A DNA stretch of 61,871 nucleotides, from the IMG/VR virus record IMGVR_UViG_3300025131_009312, positions 1 through 61,871 of that record. One strand, written 5' to 3'. How positions within the stretch are numbered: the stretch's first letter is position 1; each line of letters begins with the position of its first letter. The DNA is from a virus (taxonomy: Duplodnaviria; Caudoviricetes). Positions 56,001 to 61,871 of the stretch are shown one piece after another. The notes under the pieces were generated by a model. That model saw nothing but the letters and a program-made list of their open reading frames with translations, was not told the origin of the DNA and did not search any database. Position numbers and translations under genes: made by a program.

Positions 56001-56233
56001 TTAACATAATCTCCCAGCATCTCGGAGCACAAATTGCAGATGAAGTCGAGGGGTGGGTCGCCAATGGTGGGCCGCTCGGGGACGTTTTGGACGTAGTTTA
56101 CGCAGCGGGCGCTGCAGGTACGGGGCCCCTCGATGGCGATCAACATGGCCAGCCTGCCCCCCTGCAGATAGCAGCAGATCTCTATACAGGATTCCAGGAC
56201 CTGGGAGTTAACCCTCTGAGTGCTTGGCCATGA
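53072..56233 (+). CDS. Putative virion structural protein (1053 aa) with Pro/Gly-rich C-terminus
   Basis: Fn3-like YIDTQIKYGVRYQY segment; module context. Confidence 0.6.
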   Translation: MSIPVLNMKAYVDKTTLVLGPQERLLGNFQIHPLIREDWSSKDWFCDAMNLGHTLTAYDPYYNETAGSYDPLPANELFYVATTGKRHSGPYNMFHTDPDVTIAHDADWGTLEQAHWIYPPSGWPFSLGTHQSVGANPASALEIWAQPQHTLNQPGVKSAFNVHPRNAAWNEGILGNPTGSMENFLSQEGYGTAWAGDPYFVSYTTRPGGLEPTDDRMAGATTSNESIFNHMVNNTDWIHDHTFIMPENQEVSSQASIGLTVQPVYNYFIDSDPDYESIIAQLPEPMIPNYYMVESSLQEGRDATSVYPANFTYMEGATENGSSYPLRFGFDATQGASQLGSLKALFEGDSSTGPSAPYDNRQGFYQLYASIMEDIIKGNSDMDLATATERANAQFRDIAVLTADLQYIRGGVDIIADNRGNNDTTDDMMAIDGYPFYNMVTISPALPPNFYDNSQYKISGFQHGTGLGAPGSQMGSIFDSLLKNLSAPLKPGDFDTLINTLQLIVCKSLSAASDLPPVLATGISGSTSTTFVRGDNEATTWPRVAAPVRTAGDANYNLPVAFELERLLSYMSPSYDQSVIDPAIPAWDSPASQKDEELARHLHVSWEMNNNIGNENKNFTILRNPAHVSTWHQNLWGTDPGMRLPALDNIVPPSMVRALLDQIAIRARPLGDVWNGTPSFSETFMYVVEKRAIPAGSTTADLSQPPVQKFYFGIPYGAPQDTIQYIDTQIKYGVRYQYDLKEVRVVVGSRYRYTAAESTLNLEDPGQGRALANALGFYKEEGPREAQLVPLEIKLREALFMNNNNTWPYPPYAEEDENVHSLSASIGTPGHMTLNSTGSTGFGWGQGHLIGYYCYSLPGNTTIFDLVGGPSNPANWGPYIFNILDPTLAANYGHPNDYMLSVDWSKLNIKIKPGAGMGGNETGGAIPAEPGAIDPAPPADPPDVSGEPPVSIPSWLPPATGVGVIDQQDLLSVVETVNIISQHLGAQIADEVEGWVANGGPLGDVLDVVYAAGAAGTGPLDGDQHGQPAPLQIAADLYTGFQDLGVNPLSAWP

Positions 56234-56285
56234 TAACATCTAATTGGCCATTTGGTCCACAACAACTGATAAGGAGTAGCAACAG

Positions 56286-57761
56286 ATGACAGCGCCTAGC
56301 TCAAATGTTAACTGGTGGCTCGACTGTAGGGAAACTCTTCTTAACTCCAGTGGACAAGAAATTCAGAATACTTTCTATGTTCAAGTCCTTGGCGTGGCGC
56401 CCGATTTCATATTGTCAATCAAAGACTTCCGGGATCAAGTCAATCAGCAATTTCTAACCGTTATGGCCCCCGGACAGGCCGAGCTGGACTCCGCGCCCTC
56501 GGAGGATCATCCGCATGGCCTGACTATGAATCAGTATATATTGTCGATGAAAGTTTTGACGACCACAGGCGCCGGCCCAGGGACCTGGAGGCCAGTTGTC
56601 AATCAGACTCATGCTGGCCCCGAGGGTGTCCTTAATAGTATCTTCGGCACGAATCCCCAAACCGCGGATTTTGTTATTGAATATAGAATTCAACCAATCG
56701 GGGATGGCTATCAGGGTACTGATTATACTCTACAGGACATTTCTATTCAAACCGTTGATGGCATTCATGGAACGCAAACGCCAGCCAACGGCGCCACCCC
56801 GGGCCCCACGGGAATCCCCGGCGAGGGATCTACAGTGGATGCTGAGACCCCTTACGCTACTGTAACTTACCACAACGCTTCGAATACCGTCTTTTATGAA
56901 GTTCCGAGTACATCTACTCAAGCCATCATGCTGGACTCCCCGCCATTGCCTCCCAATTTGGTTATAGCGCCCTATCAAGGGGTTAATAACCGTTTAATGC
57001 TGATGCTTAATTCTAATACCGGAGAATACTTGGCGAGACCAGAAATCATAAAAGCCACCGACGCAGCCATGATTGCCGACCTCTATATGTATCAAAGCAA
57101 TATAGCGGTGTCTCCCAATGAGGTAGTAGATATGCTGGACGACCCGGCCAACCCTCTGAAGCTTCGATACAAAAATGATGATCCGCTGAAGAGGTATGAG
57201 ATTTTTAGAACAACGTCTCGCCCCCAGAAGTACTCAGACTTTGGTTCGACTGGTACACATGCAATTGCAGAGAGTAGAGTTTTTGTCGACAAAGAATCAT
57301 CCGCAGCATCGTTTATAGATAACGTTTCTCCAAATACTAAATATTATTATTGTGTCCGTGCTTTGGACGTACATAACAACTTTTCTAACCCGACTCATGT
57401 TTTCGAAGCAGAGTTGGTAGATAATGAGGGACAGGTATACTTAATATTAAAGACAATATCCCTTACAATTGAAAAGAGAAAGGTCTATAATAAAGCAGGG
57501 AAAAGATATTTATATTTAGAACCTGCGATACGAAATCTTCAAGTAGAAGAAAGTTATATTGAGGATCACTACGGAAATGCAACCATTGAGACCCTCCCGG
57601 GCCAAGATATTTTGGGCCTACCGAATGCGCCGACCGCTGGCCAAGCAATTGGACCGGATGTATGGAATAAAACTTTTAAGATTAGGCTGACGAGTAAGGA
57701 AAGTAACAAGAAGATAGATTTAAATATCACCTTTAAGAATACGGGAGTTGATTATCCGTAG
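56286..57761 (+). CDS. Putative virion structural protein with Fn3-like domain
   Basis: AAGGAG RBS at 56271-56276; PPLPPNL, YEIFR, FIDNVSPNTKYYYCVRALD...S.P. Confidence 0.65.
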   Translation: MTAPSSNVNWWLDCRETLLNSSGQEIQNTFYVQVLGVAPDFILSIKDFRDQVNQQFLTVMAPGQAELDSAPSEDHPHGLTMNQYILSMKVLTTTGAGPGTWRPVVNQTHAGPEGVLNSIFGTNPQTADFVIEYRIQPIGDGYQGTDYTLQDISIQTVDGIHGTQTPANGATPGPTGIPGEGSTVDAETPYATVTYHNASNTVFYEVPSTSTQAIMLDSPPLPPNLVIAPYQGVNNRLMLMLNSNTGEYLARPEIIKATDAAMIADLYMYQSNIAVSPNEVVDMLDDPANPLKLRYKNDDPLKRYEIFRTTSRPQKYSDFGSTGTHAIAESRVFVDKESSAASFIDNVSPNTKYYYCVRALDVHNNFSNPTHVFEAELVDNEGQVYLILKTISLTIEKRKVYNKAGKRYLYLEPAIRNLQVEESYIEDHYGNATIETLPGQDILGLPNAPTAGQAIGPDVWNKTFKIRLTSKESNKKIDLNITFKNTGVDYP

Positions 57762-57771
57762 GAATAATAGT

Positions 57772-57779
57772 TATTTATT
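57772..57779 (+). promoter_or_regulatory. Candidate late-promoter element TATTTATT
   Basis: AT-rich 45-nt gap before the GAGG RBS of 57807; same octamer as 34338. Confidence 0.4.
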
Positions 57780-57806
57780 TACTACTTATATAGAGAGGAA
57801 AAGGAT

Positions 57807-58787
57807 ATGGGATTTTTAGATAATTCAGGCGACATCATTCTGGACGCTGTTTTGACAGATACAGGGAGGATGCGTCTAGCCAAAGCAGACGGCAGTTTTA
57901 AAATTTCGAAATTCGCTTTGGGCGATGATGAAATTGATTACGGCCTCTATGATAAGAATAACGCGAGTGGGTCCGCCTACTACGACATTACGGTTTTACA
58001 GACGCCTGTTCTGGAAGCTTTTACCAACAACACATCGTTATTAAAATCTAAACTGATGTCATTAAACCGTAATGATGTCCTATACTTACCCGTTGTAAAT
58101 CTGTTTACGACCGCTGGGAAGGGGTCCGCCAAGCACTCCTCGGGCACCTTTGTTGTGCCTGTAGACAAGACAACAGTGGATAACCTCAAAGGTGGAAACG
58201 ATGGCAACGGATCACTTGGAGCAGGGTTACTAAATGGATATCAGCCCAATACTGACATTTCCCATATTTCCTGCCACCAGGGGCTCAATACCAACGAGAT
58301 TAGCCCGAACGAGGTACTCGCCCGAGACTTGGTGGAGACCCAGTACATTGTGGAAGTAGATAATCGATTAGGTCGTATTTTCCCTCCACCTACTGCACCT
58401 CAGGCTACAAACACTAATTTAACCACAGACACCCAAATTGCATCGGCAACTCCTTCGTTCGTCGACGACGATAACATTGCCTCCTACATTTTCTCTTTCT
58501 CTAGGAACAGCGGATATGTAAGCAATCTCGGAGGAGACACAGAGTCTTCGATTTTGGGCCCTCGCGGAACAAGACTGCAATTTAGAATCGGCGCGAGCTT
58601 GGACACGCGCACCAGCACCTACCTGTTTACTCAGATAGGTAGTCTTTCTACAACTGCGCTGGCTAATGCAGCCGGCTCGGAATTAGCAGCAAGTCAGTGG
58701 AGATTTATAGATTCCACCGTTCGCGTAACTGGAGTCAACACTGGTTATCGATTAGACATTCCTGTTAGGTTTGCTAAATCACTATAA
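57807..58787 (+). CDS. Baseplate/tail-collar-like structural protein
   Basis: DAVLTDTGRMRLA...ISKFALGDDEIDY resembles the LTxxG...+A+GD N-terminus of phage tail-collar/fibre attachment proteins. Confidence 0.65.
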   Translation: MGFLDNSGDIILDAVLTDTGRMRLAKADGSFKISKFALGDDEIDYGLYDKNNASGSAYYDITVLQTPVLEAFTNNTSLLKSKLMSLNRNDVLYLPVVNLFTTAGKGSAKHSSGTFVVPVDKTTVDNLKGGNDGNGSLGAGLLNGYQPNTDISHISCHQGLNTNEISPNEVLARDLVETQYIVEVDNRLGRIFPPPTAPQATNTNLTTDTQIASATPSFVDDDNIASYIFSFSRNSGYVSNLGGDTESSILGPRGTRLQFRIGASLDTRTSTYLFTQIGSLSTTALANAAGSELAASQWRFIDSTVRVTGVNTGYRLDIPVRFAKSL

Positions 58788-58799
58788 GGATTATGATAC

Positions 58800-59897
58800 A
58801 TGGCTACTACATTTAAAATATTAACCCAAAAAGACGTTGTTTCTACACGAAACCTTCTTCACGAGTCCATTCCCATAACAGGAACAATAGTTTCCGGAAC
58901 ATACGATGAACCACCGGCAGGTGGCGGCTTGGGGAGCAGTAACATCAAAAATTATTCTCATGGACTTTTTCAGTCAGTTTATGACTATTCTGCTCTCAGT
59001 TCTTCTGCGAACCATATTTTTGACCTCACGGCCGGGTACTCTAATTCCTCGGCACTCTCTGCTTCTTCTAATACCCAAAATGCTAAAAAGATCAACATCT
59101 ATAACGAGATGGCCCAGGTCCTTGTGGGATTTGACGAAAACAACGATTTGCGTAGATTTGACGAAGATGGTGACTTTGTCAATACAGCCACGAAGATTGA
59201 TGATGCATATTTTATTAACTTGACTCGCCTTTTAACCAAGGACGAGGTGAAGAAAGGAAGCTTTACGTTGGAACTTGGGGTTTCCCATATCCATAATAAT
59301 GCCAATACGGCTAGCGTCCTTCTACAGGATAGCGATGGAAATACCTCTTACAAGGTAAACTCCCCCGCCGGCGAGTATGGCATTTTATATGCCACCAATG
59401 GCAGTGGGACAGAGTTAATCGATAATGGCACTCCATGGAAGGCCGGGTTACTTTACTATCAAGCCGGCATCGCTGTCGTAACCGCATCGCTTTTTGAATC
59501 TACTACCACCGGTGGAATGCTTTCTGGTTCCTGTAAAATGGACGAGGGCGGCAACGATATCGACCAGTCCCTTACGGGCTCCTCGATTTCTGGCAACTGT
59601 GATAACTTCCGAAATCGTATGCGCGATCTTTCGTTTAATAACACGACCGAACTTAATTCTACTGTATACTTCTGTCGGGCCAACCATAACGAGTTTAATT
59701 ACTCCGCCAACCCAACGTACTTGAGTGCCAGTAAACTGGTTGTGAAGAATAACTCATCAGATATTCCGGTTTCTTATGCTACCACTGTCGGGCTTTACTC
59801 GCCAGACAATGAGTTGCTTGCGGTTGCAAAGGTTTCAGAGCCTCTTAAGAAGGATCCTACTAACGAGTTTACACTACGAGTCCGACTAGATTACTAA
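58800..59897 (+). CDS. Baseplate/tail structural protein (paralog of 59910..61193)
   Basis: EVKKGSF.L, GLLYYQAG, FNYSANPTY, YATTVGLY...LLAVAK...PLKK...LDY. Confidence 0.65.
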   Translation: MATTFKILTQKDVVSTRNLLHESIPITGTIVSGTYDEPPAGGGLGSSNIKNYSHGLFQSVYDYSALSSSANHIFDLTAGYSNSSALSASSNTQNAKKINIYNEMAQVLVGFDENNDLRRFDEDGDFVNTATKIDDAYFINLTRLLTKDEVKKGSFTLELGVSHIHNNANTASVLLQDSDGNTSYKVNSPAGEYGILYATNGSGTELIDNGTPWKAGLLYYQAGIAVVTASLFESTTTGGMLSGSCKMDEGGNDIDQSLTGSSISGNCDNFRNRMRDLSFNNTTELNSTVYFCRANHNEFNYSANPTYLSASKLVVKNNSSDIPVSYATTVGLYSPDNELLAVAKVSEPLKKDPTNEFTLRVRLDY

Positions 59898-59909
59898 AGT
59901 GGGGGTCGT

Positions 59910-61193
59910 ATGGCTTATTATAGATTTACACGAAATGAAAAGTTCGTCAACACTTTAAAGCTCTATCCAGAACTAAAGTTTACAATCTATAATGGCTCTG
60001 CTTATTATAATGACATTCCGAACTTTGCCGGCTCCTTTACGGGTTCTATTGTTTCGCCTCAAGGTTCCCTAAGTCTATACGAACTCAACGTCGACCGTGC
60101 TGAGGTTCCAATCACAGACACTACACCCGTAGGTACAGATCAGATTGAGAATAACGGGCTGATCCGCCCTTGGATCGTCAAAGATGGTAGCCGGATGAAT
60201 TTCCGAACATCTACCTCTGAGGCGTTCGTCGGGACTGATATTGGCGAGGTAATCATGGGGTCTTATCCCTTGACAGCTTCTATTTCCAAAGAATATTACG
60301 GCACCACAACTACCCGATCCGAGGCCGCCCAAATTAATACGGATAATAATGGACTCCTAACCATCGATAGTGTCGGGTACGTGACCCATCTACGCGCTCT
60401 CAAAAACACTATTAATTATTACGAGTATTTATCTCCGCAGTTTCAATATTCTTCTACTCCTGATATGATCTCCGCAGGAATCCATAATAGAAATTTTGAC
60501 ACTAATGAATTGGGCCTTGTGTCAATACCTAGTATGTTCTATGGTAACCAAATTAAGAAGGGAACTGTTAAGCTAGACATTTATTATACTGGGTCTTTGG
60601 TCGCTACTGCCGAGGACACCCGAAGAAATGGCGAACTAATAGAAACCTACAATGCATACGCAGGCTTCACAGGATCCTGCGTGGGCCTCGTACTTTATAA
60701 CGAAGGCTTTTTAATCCTTACGGGTGCCTCAGATCTTAATGGACAAACTGAAGTGTATGTAACGGGCGAGTCTGCCGATAATCCTAAGTGGGTCTATTTT
60801 GCACAATCCATCTCCGGCTCGGTTACCGCTCCTAATACTACCTTTACAATGGCCATGAGTGGTACGACAAATACTCAGGTGATGACAATGTTTGCGACTG
60901 CTCCAAAGGGCCAGCTTAATCACTCTAATAACCCTTCCTATTTGAAGAGCGTAACAAAGAGAGATGTTTCAACAGGCTCCTATGGTTACATTGAGGGCGA
61001 AGAAATGCGTATTAAAAATATTGTCAGTTCGTCGTATAATACACCTACAGGATCTTTTGAGAAAATGACGTATATCTCCAAAGTGGGAATCTATGATAAG
61101 AATAAAAACCTTATTGCTGTCGCAAAGCCGGCTACTCCCATCAAGAAATCTATCAATAAAGATTTTACTTTTAAATTGAAGTTAGACATTTAA
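59910..61193 (+). CDS. Baseplate/tail structural protein (paralog of 58800..59897)
   Basis: QIKKGTV.L, GLVLYNEG, LNHSNNPSY, YISKVGIY...LIAVAK...PIKK...LDI. Confidence 0.65.
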   Translation: MAYYRFTRNEKFVNTLKLYPELKFTIYNGSAYYNDIPNFAGSFTGSIVSPQGSLSLYELNVDRAEVPITDTTPVGTDQIENNGLIRPWIVKDGSRMNFRTSTSEAFVGTDIGEVIMGSYPLTASISKEYYGTTTTRSEAAQINTDNNGLLTIDSVGYVTHLRALKNTINYYEYLSPQFQYSSTPDMISAGIHNRNFDTNELGLVSIPSMFYGNQIKKGTVKLDIYYTGSLVATAEDTRRNGELIETYNAYAGFTGSCVGLVLYNEGFLILTGASDLNGQTEVYVTGESADNPKWVYFAQSISGSVTAPNTTFTMAMSGTTNTQVMTMFATAPKGQLNHSNNPSYLKSVTKRDVSTGSYGYIEGEEMRIKNIVSSSYNTPTGSFEKMTYISKVGIYDKNKNLIAVAKPATPIKKSINKDFTFKLKLDI

Positions 61194-61727
61194 GTGATTT
61201 TAGGACTCGACATATCAACCAGCATCACTGGTTATACGGTACTGGATTACGAAGGTAATATTCTAGCATGCGATCATATCGACTTACGAAAAGAAAAAGA
61301 TTTCTTTAAGAAAATACAAATTGTAAAGTCTCGTCTGGAAGTAATAAACGATGAGTACGATATAGAGCAAGTGTATGTCGAACAGTCCCTGCAGTCGTTC
61401 CGCTCCGGATTTTCCTCGGCACAAACTTTGTCGCTCCTATCGAAAATTAATGGTATTATTTCGTGGTTATGTTATAATATGTTCTATGGTGAGCCAAAAT
61501 ATCTCGCTGCTACATCTGCCCGCAAACTCTGTGGTATCAGGGTCCCCAAAGGACAAAAGGCAAAAGCCGTTTCTTTGCAATTTGTTGTTGACAATGTGCC
61601 TGGTTTTGAGGTAGAATATACTAGACATGGAAATCCCAAGGCTGGTTATGCTGACCGGTCCGATAGCTATGTGATCGCAAAGGCAGGCTGGATCCGTGAA
61701 AGAGAAGAAGTTAAAGATACTGACTAA
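61194..61727 (+). CDS. ruvC: RuvC-like Holliday junction resolvase
   Basis: ILGLDISTSITGY, VYVEQ, DRSDSYVIA (D/E/D/D acidic tetrad). Confidence 0.8.
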   Translation: MILGLDISTSITGYTVLDYEGNILACDHIDLRKEKDFFKKIQIVKSRLEVINDEYDIEQVYVEQSLQSFRSGFSSAQTLSLLSKINGIISWLCYNMFYGEPKYLAATSARKLCGIRVPKGQKAKAVSLQFVVDNVPGFEVEYTRHGNPKAGYADRSDSYVIAKAGWIREREEVKDTD

Positions 61728-61871
61728 TGTGTTGGGGCCCGGCTACCGGACCAACAATGAGTATCTTTTTAAATGCCCCTACTGCGAACATCACAAGCGC
61801 AAATTCTCTGTAAATCTAGATAAGGGCTACTATAAATGCTGGGTGTGCGACACCCGTGGCAAGAATATCTA
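61696..61871 (+). CDS. DNA primase N-terminal zinc-binding domain (3' truncated; absent from ORF track)
   Basis: GTG 61696 reads MKEKKLKILTNVLG...EYLFKCPYCEHHKRKFSVNLDKGYYKCWVCDTRGKNI: two CxxC pairs, open to the window end. Confidence 0.75.
   Translation, partial: MKEKKLKILTNVLGPGYRTNNEYLFKCPYCEHHKRKFSVNLDKGYYKCWVCDTRGKNI

Larger units (their letters stand above)
1..61871 (+). mobile_element. Segment of a large tailed (myovirus-type) bacteriophage genome
   Basis: PhoH, gp55-like sigma, gp25/gp6 baseplate wedge, spike, RuvC and primase genes. One coding strand, near-zero intergenic space, no ribosomal or cell-division genes, no integrase in the window. Confidence 0.93.

Noticed and set aside
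56225-56250. TGGCCA...TGGCCA hairpin as an intrinsic terminator
   Set aside because: Only a 6-bp stem with a 14-nt loop and a 3-T tail; too weak to call.
56231-56288. Programmed frameshift or readthrough joining the 1053-aa and 491-aa ORFs
   Set aside because: TGA is followed immediately by TAA, the downstream frame has a TAG at 56277, and the second gene has its own strong RBS.
922-60923. Numerous 60-150 aa minus-strand and alternate-frame ORFs in the track
   Set aside because: All lie inside longer motif-bearing + strand genes and show no recognisable motifs; treated as shadow ORFs.
34359-61193. Type VI secretion system or extracellular contractile injection system
   Set aside because: No TssJLM, ClpV or Afp15-like ATPase; flanked by phage sigma, resolvase, primase and phoH.
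1-61871. Stop-codon reassignment as seen in some large phages
   Set aside because: Genes up to 11 kb are intact under the standard code, and TAA, TAG and TGA all end genes at tight junctions.
1-61871. tRNA or structured ncRNA genes
   Set aside because: The largest intergenic gaps are about 45-52 nt and show no cloverleaf or T-loop signature.
1-61871. Apparent abundance of CTAG and GGCC-type palindromes
   Set aside because: An impression only; it needs k-mer observed/expected counts, which I cannot run.

Overview
This window is a fragment of a large lytic tailed phage genome, probably a T4-related or 'huge' myovirus of a Gram-negative host. It holds about 55 tightly packed, often overlapping genes, all on the + strand and readable with the standard code. 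From left to right there are five parts. (1) The end of phoH, a zincin-type metallopeptidase and a Cas4/AddB-like PD-(D/E)XK nuclease. (2) A ~22 kb, 28-gene sugar/glycan locus (1955-24334). It encodes about 9 glycosyltransferase(-like) proteins, 5 SAM methyltransferase(-like) proteins, a partial ADP-heptose pathway, KdsC- and WavE-like proteins, a nucleotidyltransferase-RpiB fusion with its own kinase, cupin and mini-phosphodiesterase, NadE, a UDP-glucose dehydrogenase, a GDP-mannose 3,5-epimerase and another SDR. No flippase, polymerase or exporter is visible. (3) Small genes and a gp55-like sigma factor. (4) A ~35 kb contractile-tail baseplate module: an M15 peptidase-bearing hub protein, an HxH spike, gp25, gp6, a 3668-aa LamG-containing giant protein with three nested repeats, and paralogous collar-like proteins. 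(5) A RuvC-like resolvase and the start of a primase. No rRNA, tRNA, CRISPR array or IS element was seen. All calls come from reading motifs by eye; no searches were run.
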